Assembly (NCBI GenBank): GCA_045649225.1
Contig: JAZRPN010000114.1
Location: 1-32,226, forward strand
Direction of reading: 5' to 3'
Source: Clostridia bacterium
GTDB lineage: Bacteria > Bacillota > Clostridia > UMGS1883
DNA: 32,226 nucleotides
The translations under genes were made by a program, and so were the position numbers. A model generated the notes under the pieces. The model saw only the letters and a list, made by a program, of their open reading frames with translations. It searched no databases and was not told where the DNA came from. Shown here piece after piece: positions 24,466 through 32,003 of this stretch; the first letter of the stretch is position 1; each line of letters begins with the position of its first letter.

Positions 24466-25236
24466 ATGTTCGCTATTGAAAGACAACAACGTATTCTTGA
24501 AATTTTAAAGATAGCAGGGGCAGTATCTGTAAGCAAGCTCAGTGACGAGTTTCATGTTGCCGAAGAAACCGTGAGACGTGACCTCGAAAAGCTTGAAAAA
24601 CAGGAAAGGCTTTTGAGAACTCACGGTGGTGCAGTTCCTATTGACGATAACAAGCACGAGCCGTCAATAGATAAGAGAAAAAAGCTTAACGTAGAGGAAA
24701 AACGCGCTGCGGCACGTGCTGCTGCAGAGCTTATAGTTTCGGGTGATACAATTTTCCTTGATGCGTCAACGACAACTTTCTTTATTGCTCAGGAACTTAA
24801 AAATATGCAAAATATCACAGTTATAACGAACTCACTTCAGAATATCGAGGTGCTTTCTGCGTGCAGTGGTATTAAGGTAATAGGTACCGGCGGACTTGTC
24901 AGTGAAAATCATTCGTTTGTTGGTAGCCTCGCCGAAAAAGGCGTGCGAGAAAACTACTTTGCAAATAAGATGTTTTTCAGTAGCCGAGGCGTAACCCGTG
25001 AGGCAGGAATTCTTGACAGTAACGAACAGGAGTGTGCAATCAAAAAATGTATGCTCGAAAATGCTCAGCAGAAAATATATGTTTGCGAAAGCTCGAAAAT
25101 AGGAAGAGTAGGCTTTACAAAGCTTGCCGAAATGCAGGACATTGACTTTTTCGTAACTGATAAAAAACTCGGTCCTGAATGGGACAGCGTCTTTGCAGAT
25201 GCAGGAACAAAACATATTTACGGCAAAGAGGCATAA
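24466..25236 (+). CDS. DeoR-family transcriptional regulator (FucR/GlpR-like)
   Basis: MFAIERQQRILEILKIAGAVSVSKLSDEFHVAEETVRRDLEKLE is a DeoR HTH. The C-terminal sugar-phosphate-binding domain shows IFLDASTT and ITNS. 256 aa. Confidence 0.88.
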   Translation: MFAIERQQRILEILKIAGAVSVSKLSDEFHVAEETVRRDLEKLEKQERLLRTHGGAVPIDDNKHEPSIDKRKKLNVEEKRAAARAAAELIVSGDTIFLDASTTTFFIAQELKNMQNITVITNSLQNIEVLSACSGIKVIGTGGLVSENHSFVGSLAEKGVRENYFANKMFFSSRGVTREAGILDSNEQECAIKKCMLENAQQKIYVCESSKIGRVGFTKLAEMQDIDFFVTDKKLGPEWDSVFADAGTKHIYGKEA

Positions 25237-25252
25237 TTTTGAGTGCAAAATA

Positions 25253-25281
25253 TTGACTTTTAAATTGCGATGTGGTACAAT
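25253..25281 (+). promoter_or_regulatory. SigmaA-type promoter of tRNA-Leu
   Basis: TTGACT (25253-25258), 17 bp spacer, TACAAT (25276-25281), preceded by TGTGG (extended -10). Confidence 0.55.
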
Positions 25282-25326
25282 TCTATTGTTTTTGACGGAT
25301 TGTATTCACATCCAATTTTTATAAAT

Positions 25327-25347
25327 GCGGATATGGCGGAATTGGCA
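25327..25347 (+). repeat. Direct duplicate of the first 21 nt of tRNA-Leu
   Basis: GCGGATATGGCGGAATTGGCA at 25327-25347 is identical to 25363-25383 (acceptor 5' strand plus D-arm of the tRNA). The two copies are separated by 15 nt. Confidence 0.9.
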
Positions 25348-25362
25348 ACAAAAAGTAAATAC

Positions 25363-25449
25363 GCGGATATGGCGGAATTGGCAGACGCGCATGGTTCAGG
25401 TCCATGTGAAAGCAATTTCATGCAGGTTCAAGTCCTGTTATCCGCACCA
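25363..25449 (+). tRNA. tRNA-Leu(CAG)
   Basis: The acceptor stem is GCGGATA/TATCCGC. The anticodon stem is CATGG/CCATG with loop TTCAGGT (anticodon CAG). A long variable arm (TGAAAGCAATTTCA) marks it as class II. The T-loop is TTCAAGT and the CCA is encoded. 87 nt. Confidence 0.9.
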
Positions 25450-25484
25450 ATCGGAATGGTCTTTGCTCCATTCCGATTTTTGTT
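25450..25484 (+). terminator. Rho-independent terminator after tRNA-Leu
   Basis: ATCGGAATGG-tctttgct-CCATTCCGAT is a 10-bp stem followed by TTTTGTT. Confidence 0.75.
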
Positions 25485-25527
25485 GACAAAAATCTACATT
25501 AATATACAAGTAACAAAAGAGGAAACT

Positions 25528-26631
25528 ATGACAAGAATACTTACCTTTATAAAAACGAATATTGTTATGGTAATTGCCCTGATACTGGCGGTAATTACAT
25601 CCTTTTTCGTGCCTGTTGATAAGGAGTATCTGAGCTACTTTGACTGCAAGACGTTGACTTGTTTGTTTTGCGTTTTAGCGGTGGTTTGCGCGCTTAAGGA
25701 CATCAACTTTTTTTATATACTTGCAAGAAAAGTGGTTGAGCATTTTCGCACGGCAAGGCTTGCGGTGCTTGTTTTGGTATATATCACATTTATCGGCTCT
25801 ATGCTGATTGCAAACGATATGGCACTGCTCACATTTCTTCCGTTGGGGTATTTTGTTCTCAGTTCAACAAAAATGGAAAAGTATATGGCATTCACGTTTA
25901 TAATGCAAAACATTGCAGCAAATTTAGGCGGTATGCTCACACCCTTTGGAAATCCGCAAAACCTTTATCTGTATACAAAATTCAACATTCCAAACGACGA
26001 ATTTGTGTCTATAATGCTTTTGCCCTTTACAATATCTGTGTTGATTATAACGCTTTGCTGTATAATCTTTGTAAAAAACGAAAAACTGAAACTCGAAGAA
26101 GAAAAAGTAAACATAAATCCAGTAAAAGCAACACTGTATATGCTCCTGTTTATACTGTCAATTGCAGTCGTGTTCAGGACAATTCCATATTGGATTGGTT
26201 TGGTGATAATTCCTGCAGTTCTGCTTTTTATGGACAAGAAAGCACTCAAAATGGTCGATTATCCGCTGCTTTTGACGTTTGTGTTTTTCTTTATTTTTTC
26301 GGGGAATATGGCAAGGATAGAGGCGGTGAGAGAATTCTTTTGTATGCTTCTTTCGAAAAGTACGCTTCTTTTTAGCGTTTTGTCGTGCCAGTTTATAAGT
26401 AATGTCCCGTCTGCAATACTTCTTTCGCAGTTTACAACTAACTATTCAGATTTGCTTGTGGGAGTTAACATCGGCGGTGTAGGAACGCTTATTTCATCCC
26501 TTGCAAGTCTTATTACATTTCGTGAATACATAAAGCATAACCACGGCAAAGCAATGTACTATATCGGTATGTTTTCGGCACTCAATTTTGGATTTTTGAT
26601 ACTCCTTACCGGTATAATGATGTGCGTATAA
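25528..26631 (+). CDS. ArsB/NhaD-superfamily anion permease (YbiR/citrate-transporter-like)
   Basis: 367 aa and highly hydrophobic, with more than 8 predicted TM segments. The TPFGNPQNLYL motif is typical of this superfamily. ATG 25528 is preceded by AAGAGGAAA. The ORF-track start at 25270 reads through the tRNA-Leu gene and its terminator and is rejected. Confidence 0.75.
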   Translation: MTRILTFIKTNIVMVIALILAVITSFFVPVDKEYLSYFDCKTLTCLFCVLAVVCALKDINFFYILARKVVEHFRTARLAVLVLVYITFIGSMLIANDMALLTFLPLGYFVLSSTKMEKYMAFTFIMQNIAANLGGMLTPFGNPQNLYLYTKFNIPNDEFVSIMLLPFTISVLIITLCCIIFVKNEKLKLEEEKVNINPVKATLYMLLFILSIAVVFRTIPYWIGLVIIPAVLLFMDKKALKMVDYPLLLTFVFFFIFSGNMARIEAVREFFCMLLSKSTLLFSVLSCQFISNVPSAILLSQFTTNYSDLLVGVNIGGVGTLISSLASLITFREYIKHNHGKAMYYIGMFSALNFGFLILLTGIMMCV

Positions 26632-26649
26632 TAAGCTGTTTTACAGAAT

Positions 26650-26706
26650 AAATACACCTCTGACTGCAAAGAATAGTAGCATATTCTTTAAAGGAGAGGT
26701 GTATTT
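26650..26706 (+). terminator. Nested hairpin after the permease gene whose 3' arm covers the catalase Shine-Dalgarno
   Basis: AAATACACCTCT (26650-26661) pairs perfectly with AGAGGTGTATTT (26695-26706). The inner hairpin is AAAGAATA/TATTCTTT (26668-26689). The SD GGAGAGG (26693-26699) lies mostly inside the stem, which is followed by TTTTATGTTT. Confidence 0.45.
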
Positions 26707-26707
26707 T

Positions 26708-27376
26708 ATGTTTAAACACGAAAAGCTGTTATTTCACCCCGTCGAGATAGAAAGACCCAATCCCCAGTATGCCGCACTTTTGCAGGAGCAACTCGGTGGC
26801 GGTAACGGAGAGCTTAAGGCTGCAATGCAGTATATGTCGCAGAGCTTTCGGATTAAGGATGCGGATATAAAGGACTTGTTCCTCGATATTGCGGCGGAAG
26901 AACTGAGCCACATGGAAATGATTGCGCAGACCATAAATCTTCTTAACGGCCACGATGTCAATGCCGAAAGTGTGCCTGCAGGGGAAATTCAATCACACGT
27001 AATTTTAGGGTTAAATCCCGGTCTTATTAACGCATCGGGCTACTCCTGGACAAGTGATTATGTAACCGTTACAGGTGATTTGTGTGCCGATTTGCTGTCA
27101 AATATAGCATCTGAACAAAGGGCAAAGGTTGTTTATGAGTATCTTTACAGACAAATTGACGATAAAAAGGTAAGAGAAACGATTGACTTTCTTCTTAACA
27201 GAGAGGAAGCTCATAATCAAATGTTTAGAGATGCCTTTAATAAGGTTCAGGACAGCGGATCTAATCATGATTTTGGAACAACCAAAGCGGCAAGGATGTA
27301 TTTTAGTATGTCAAACCCGACATCTAAAGCACCAAGTCCTACAGAAATTGATGTAAAGGAACCATCATTTACTTGA
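26708..27376 (+). CDS. Manganese catalase family protein (CotJC-like)
   Basis: The di-Mn ligand motifs of the Mn-catalase/CotJC family are present: NGELKAAMQYMSQSF and AAEELSHMEMIAQ. 222 aa from ATG 26708. Confidence 0.85.
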   Translation: MFKHEKLLFHPVEIERPNPQYAALLQEQLGGGNGELKAAMQYMSQSFRIKDADIKDLFLDIAAEELSHMEMIAQTINLLNGHDVNAESVPAGEIQSHVILGLNPGLINASGYSWTSDYVTVTGDLCADLLSNIASEQRAKVVYEYLYRQIDDKKVRETIDFLLNREEAHNQMFRDAFNKVQDSGSNHDFGTTKAARMYFSMSNPTSKAPSPTEIDVKEPSFT

Positions 27377-27378
27377 TA

Positions 27379-27412
27379 AAAAATACGCAGATGATATCAT
27401 CTGCGTATTTTT
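27379..27412. terminator. Bidirectional terminator between convergent genes
   Basis: AAAAATACGCAGATGAT|ATCATCTGCGTATTTTT is a perfect palindrome flanked by an A-run and a T-run. Confidence 0.8.
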
Positions 27413-27416
27413 GTTT

Positions 27417-29450
27417 TTAGTTGTCGAGCAAAATCATTGCCGCTTCAAAAGGCTTAAGTGTAAGTTTCACCTTATCGCCGTAGCCCATTTCTCCGGTCAA
27501 AAGATTTTCCCATTTTGACGGTTTGGTGAGATTTATAAAATCATCATATTCCTTTCCGTCGGAAAGCACTGTTACAAAGCGCTTGTCGCCGTACACTACC
27601 GTGTTTTCGGGGGAGTATATGTGGCAACCTGCAAGCTCGTATATTTTTCTTAAGGTGTGAACATCAATGTAGGGGACAGTGTTCATCACACAAACTCTGC
27701 CATCAACCGTTTTTGCAGCTACATTTCCGTGTTCGTTCTCAAGCAGTAAATCATTGTGATTTACAATCTTAATATTCGGGAAATCGTAGGTAGTGCCACT
27801 TTCTTCAAGCTCAAAGCCCGTAAGTTTTTCTGTGTTTGAAAGCGAGAACTTGCCCTCTGATATACAACCTGCAGCGTAGTTGAATATAAATGCGGCATTT
27901 GAATTTGCCTTAATATATTCAATATCCTCAGGATTGATTTTAAGAGTGTAGCCAAATACAATCGCTTTGTATTCTGAAAGGTCAATTTTTCTTATATCGC
28001 TGAACCTGAAGGTGTCTACCAGAACGCCCGTTTTCTTGGTGTTGCAGATAAAGTCAGCACAGTAGCCCGTAAAGCAATGTTCGCTTACACCTGCCTGAGA
28101 AATCGAGTTCTCGTCAATAAGTACCAAAACGTCGCTTGAGCTTTCGTATGGGCGTTTGCGTACCAGCTCGTTGATTTTTGAAACCTCTCCAACAAACTCC
28201 ATCATACCGTCGTCATCATACCAGCCACCGCCTAAGTCCATAAGCCAAAGACCGGAATCATGAGAAAGGTTTTTTGAAAGCTCTCTTAAAATAGCATTTT
28301 TGGTCTGGACTATGTCGTTAGCAAGCCAGGTTGAATCGTCTGTCCTTTGTGCAAGATGGGTGCGGACATCACATTCGTCAACCCAGGTCTTTTTAAGGTT
28401 TATCGACTGCGGAACAGAAAGGTCTCCGCCACTGTCGCCCGGGGTGCATCTGTAATAAGCCTTAGGTGCGGCAAAAAAGTCAACATAAGGCGAATTTACA
28501 AGCGTATCGATATCGGTATGCCCCGTGTAAACGATATTGTCAACCATAAGATATCCATAGAAAATACCGGTAACACTGTTAGGAGAAACCTCTTTTACAG
28601 TTTTGCAAAACTCTTCCGTTGCGCGGGCATTTACCTTTGATGTAAACTCGTCAAAATAAACGGAGGTTTTATTTTCAACACGCAAAAAGTCCTTGAGGGT
28701 ATCTTTTTTAAGGTATCTTTCAGCGGGAGCAGGGAGAGAGTCCGAAAGATTGTAGTTATCTTTAAGGTAACTGTCAAACTTCTTTGTGCAGTCAATGCCG
28801 TAATCGCCGTAGTTAGAATCTATTCGTCCCCACAGAATTGTCTCACCACTTGTGCCATAAGCCACGTGATAGCCGAGTATTTTACCGGGATATCTTTCCT
28901 CAACGTGTTTTATAAATCTCACAAGAGCATCTTTGGCATCCGCAAGCCACTTTTCCGATGTAAAGCTCTGGCGTGCAACGCTTCCTGTGCGATTGGGACG
29001 GTTGAATTTAGGATTGCCCATATAGTAGCCGTCAGGAGCATCGTAACCGATATAATCGTGGTCTGGCGTTCCTACAACGCTTTGGATTTCGTCCTTATCC
29101 CTCGGACCGTCGTAGTAGACGAAAAGCTCCTCGGGGTTTTCCTTGCACCACTCAACAGGCGGGTTAAGTTTTACTCTTGGGAGTAGCTTTACATCGTCGC
29201 CAATGGAAGCAGCGGCGTCCATAACTCTGTCAGTTACAGTGTAGTCAAATTTGTTATTTCCTACCCAACCCGAGCTTACTATGAAAGAGTGAAGCTTTAC
29301 ACCGTTTTCGTAAAATCTTTTGTGATAGTTAAGCTCCGACAGAGTTTCGTTAAAAAGCACCTCTTTGCCGTTTTCGTCAAAAAGCGGAGGGTCGTAGCCA
29401 AAACCAAGCCTTGACCAGAATATGAGGTTGTTTCTTAAAATGTTTTCCAT
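27417..29450 (-). CDS. Putative glycoside hydrolase (GH42-like TIM-barrel plus trimerisation-like domain); family uncertain
   Basis: 677 aa with no signal peptide. The N-terminal half has the periodic hydrophobic/aromatic pattern of (beta/alpha)8 glycosidases (LIFWSRLGFGYDP, YHVAYGTSGETILWG, WLMDLGGGWY). A mid-region VLVLIDENS-type strand recalls GH42 domain B. This is an eye-level resemblance only. Confidence 0.4.
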   Translation of the reverse strand: MENILRNNLIFWSRLGFGYDPPLFDENGKEVLFNETLSELNYHKRFYENGVKLHSFIVSSGWVGNNKFDYTVTDRVMDAAASIGDDVKLLPRVKLNPPVEWCKENPEELFVYYDGPRDKDEIQSVVGTPDHDYIGYDAPDGYYMGNPKFNRPNRTGSVARQSFTSEKWLADAKDALVRFIKHVEERYPGKILGYHVAYGTSGETILWGRIDSNYGDYGIDCTKKFDSYLKDNYNLSDSLPAPAERYLKKDTLKDFLRVENKTSVYFDEFTSKVNARATEEFCKTVKEVSPNSVTGIFYGYLMVDNIVYTGHTDIDTLVNSPYVDFFAAPKAYYRCTPGDSGGDLSVPQSINLKKTWVDECDVRTHLAQRTDDSTWLANDIVQTKNAILRELSKNLSHDSGLWLMDLGGGWYDDDGMMEFVGEVSKINELVRKRPYESSSDVLVLIDENSISQAGVSEHCFTGYCADFICNTKKTGVLVDTFRFSDIRKIDLSEYKAIVFGYTLKINPEDIEYIKANSNAAFIFNYAAGCISEGKFSLSNTEKLTGFELEESGTTYDFPNIKIVNHNDLLLENEHGNVAAKTVDGRVCVMNTVPYIDVHTLRKIYELAGCHIYSPENTVVYGDKRFVTVLSDGKEYDDFINLTKPSKWENLLTGEMGYGDKVKLTLKPFEAAMILLDN

Positions 29451-29464
29451 TCTTAGACCCCCAA

Positions 29465-30541
29465 TTATAATTTAACGGGTGCACCTTTCTGAATGCTTTC
29501 GTAGCAAGCATTCATTGCCTCGATTGTCTTTTTGTGCCACTCAAGGTTAATGAAAGGTGTCTTTTTGTTTCTTACATTGTCAACAAATTCGTCGATAAGA
29601 CCAATCCACTCGTCAAAGTATGTATACTGAACTGTGTAGCGGTCATTGGGAAGTCCGTTGTGGTAAACGTTAGGTCCGAAGCAGTCAGCAAGAACACTGC
29701 CCTTGTCGCCGTTTAGAGTGATGTTAACTTCCATTCTCTTGGGGAATACTTCCCAGCCGGGACCGGGAACCTTGATTCTTTCCTCCATTTTTGACCATGA
29801 CGGATCAAGGGAGAAAATAACGCCGTTTTTCATTTTACCTATAACAGAGAGCATATCCTCTTCAACAAGGTCTGGGCGGATGTTAGGCGCAACCTCAGCA
29901 TAGATTGTGTCAAACTCGCTATTTGTCATATGGCGAATCATATCAAATATATGCGGATGGTCGCAAAGTGCACCACCACGGAAGCGACTGTCGCCGTCTT
30001 TAATGCTTACCTTTTTACCATAGCTCTTTTCGGGAACGCCCTGCCACGGGAAAGCCCAGACAGGAGAGAGCGTGATGTTTGTTGCGTTAAAGGACTTAAG
30101 CTCGCCGATTTCCTTGTTTTTAACAAGCTCTTTAAGCCTTACAATTACAGGATTGTAGTGCATTTCAAGCTCTATCTGACAAACGAGATTGTTCTTTTTT
30201 ACAAGCTCAATCATTTCGTCGTATTCTGCCATATCAAAGGTAGGAATTTTCATTGAAAGAATGTGAATTCCACGCTCTGCACAAAGCTTCATCTGACGGA
30301 GGTGATCGCTGTTTTCGCTGGCGAGTACAACTGCCTCGATTTCAGGATGTGCGTCAAGCATTTCGATTTCACTGTCGTAGCAGGGGATGCCATCAACACT
30401 GTTTAAGAAAACCTCTTTAACATCGTCGTTTGCAGTGGCAACTGCAACCCAGTCAAGCTGAGGGTTTTCCTTTAAAACCTGATAGTATTTTCTTGTATGA
30501 CCGTGGGTCATACTCATCATAGCAATCTTCAAAGGCTTCAT
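29465..30541 (-). CDS. Divergent Gfo/Idh/MocA-family oxidoreductase-like protein
   Basis: 358 aa with the overall Gfo/Idh/MocA layout (IEAVVLASENSDHLRQMKLCAERGIHILSMKIP..., then a C-terminal alpha/beta domain). The GxGxxG is replaced by MSMTHGH, and the EKP motif by MKIP. Confidence 0.65.
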   Translation of the reverse strand: MKPLKIAMMSMTHGHTRKYYQVLKENPQLDWVAVATANDDVKEVFLNSVDGIPCYDSEIEMLDAHPEIEAVVLASENSDHLRQMKLCAERGIHILSMKIPTFDMAEYDEMIELVKKNNLVCQIELEMHYNPVIVRLKELVKNKEIGELKSFNATNITLSPVWAFPWQGVPEKSYGKKVSIKDGDSRFRGGALCDHPHIFDMIRHMTNSEFDTIYAEVAPNIRPDLVEEDMLSVIGKMKNGVIFSLDPSWSKMEERIKVPGPGWEVFPKRMEVNITLNGDKGSVLADCFGPNVYHNGLPNDRYTVQYTYFDEWIGLIDEFVDNVRNKKTPFINLEWHKKTIEAMNACYESIQKGAPVKL

Positions 30542-30543
30542 AA

Positions 30544-31236
30544 TTAAAGCACCACCCTTTCAGTTGTGTTTGCAGAAGCTTTAACAGCGTTAACCAAAGC
30601 TTTGATTTCCTCAAAAGCCTCAAGGTTTTCATCTGCAAGGTTTTTCTGTGCTACAGAGAAAGCACTGCGTACAACGGCGATTTCGTCAATTGAAAGGCCG
30701 TAAAGCTCAAAGTCAACATCGGTGAACTTCTTTTCACCCTTGCCGTAAACGTAAACGGAATCCTGCTTTAACTGAGCGTCTACAACAACATCGCACGCAA
30801 TACCGCGCTGAGAGATGATCTCGTGCTTGTCAATAGGCTTTGCACCCTTTTGAAGCGTCATAGAAATTTCAATTGTACAAACAACATCGTCCTCGGTTTT
30901 TGCGATTATGTTCATAACATTATCGTTTTTAAATGCCATAACGGTCTTGATTTTTCTGCCCAAAATCCACTGGCACAAATCAAGCTCACGAGCAAGTGCC
31001 TCATCAAGATTTGCCTTTTTGTCAATGATTCTTGCAACACGCATAACACTTATGCCTACAAGAGTTCCGCCCTGAACAATGTTTCTCAGTTCAATAAAGC
31101 GACGCTCACTTCTGTGAGGGAGTGTGGGGATTTCCTTGCCATCGATTACAACTGTCTTTTTGTCTTTTAAAACTGCCTTTTTGTCAACAGAATATTTGTC
31201 GAGCAAAAAGTCAAGATTTTTCTGAAGAATTTTCAT
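30544..31236 (-). CDS. Stand-alone Gfo/Idh/MocA C-terminal-domain-like protein (no Rossmann domain)
   Basis: 230 aa. RFIELRNIVQGGTLVGISVMRV and ELDLCQWILGRKIKTVMAF resemble the start of the Gfo/Idh/MocA C-terminal domain. No nucleotide-binding N-domain is present. Confidence 0.45.
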   Translation of the reverse strand: MKILQKNLDFLLDKYSVDKKAVLKDKKTVVIDGKEIPTLPHRSERRFIELRNIVQGGTLVGISVMRVARIIDKKANLDEALARELDLCQWILGRKIKTVMAFKNDNVMNIIAKTEDDVVCTIEISMTLQKGAKPIDKHEIISQRGIACDVVVDAQLKQDSVYVYGKGEKKFTDVDFELYGLSIDEIAVVRSAFSVAQKNLADENLEAFEEIKALVNAVKASANTTERVVL

Positions 31237-31253
31237 CTGACAAACCTCCTAAA

Positions 31254-32003
31254 TTAAAGCATCTTAATTCTTGGTTTATATTTTTCAAGATATTTTGCGT
31301 TTTTCTCATCGCCGCCGGGAGTGTTTGCGCTTGACCAAACGGGAGGAGTAATACCACGGTCTATACACTGCTTTACGCATTCAATTTCAAGAAGGTGTGC
31401 AATGTAAAAGTCGATTATGTTTGAAACGGGGGCGATAGGAGTATCAAGACCCGGAACATTTACAACTGCATCTCCAACGGGGTTAAAGTCCTCGATGCAT
31501 ACATCTGCATAATCAAAAAGATTTGTTTTGTTAGGATGGCGTATAAAGTGGTCCTCAGGCATTTCCTTCTGCCAGGCCTCACTTGAAACGGCAATAATCT
31601 TAACACCGTTTTTCTTCGCCTCCATAGCGGCATCAATCGTTGCGGGGTTAATGCCGATGTTGTGGAAGATGATAAGTACATCATCTTTTTTAAGGTCATA
31701 GTATTTCATAATAGCACTGCCGTAGTTAACAGTTCTTTCAAGCTCAAGATATTTAAGAGCCTGATTGAATACGGAGAGACCTGTTTCCATAATGGGATTT
31801 ATGCACGAAAGTCCTCCTGCACGGAAAAACATTTCGCCCATACAAAGTGTTGTATGACCGCCACCGCCGTAAACATTTATAAGTCTGTCGTTTTCAATGG
31901 CATCAGCCATAAGCGACGCAGCCTTTCTTATGTTTTCGCTCTGCGTGTCGTTTACTTTTTTAAAGTTTTCCATCAGGCTTTCAAAGTAACCAAAATCATT
32001 CAT
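31254..32003 (-). CDS. SIS (sugar isomerase/phosphosugar-binding) domain protein
   Basis: NVYGGGGHTTLCMGEMFFRAGGL and DDVLIIFHNIGINPATIDAAMEAKKNGVKIIAVSS are typical of a SIS domain. ATG 32003 is preceded by AGGAG at 8 nt. The ORF-track TTG at 32009 is less likely. Confidence 0.7.
   Translation of the reverse strand: MNDFGYFESLMENFKKVNDTQSENIRKAASLMADAIENDRLINVYGGGGHTTLCMGEMFFRAGGLSCINPIMETGLSVFNQALKYLELERTVNYGSAIMKYYDLKKDDVLIIFHNIGINPATIDAAMEAKKNGVKIIAVSSEAWQKEMPEDHFIRHPNKTNLFDYADVCIEDFNPVGDAVVNVPGLDTPIAPVSNIIDFYIAHLLEIECVKQCIDRGITPPVWSSANTPGGDEKNAKYLEKYKPRIKML

Noticed and set aside
12300-25500. GRM locus as a mobile genomic island
   Set aside because: It lies adjacent to a tRNA with a partial repeat. 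However, no integrase, transposase, distal direct repeat or obvious compositional shift could be seen by eye, so no mobile-element feature is called.
25270-25527. N-terminal 86 codons of the 453-aa ORF (25270-26631)
   Set aside because: This stretch reads straight through the duplicated tRNA fragment, the tRNA-Leu gene and its terminator; the repeated DMAELA peptide is just the translated 21-nt repeat. The real permease start is ATG 25528, which has its own RBS.
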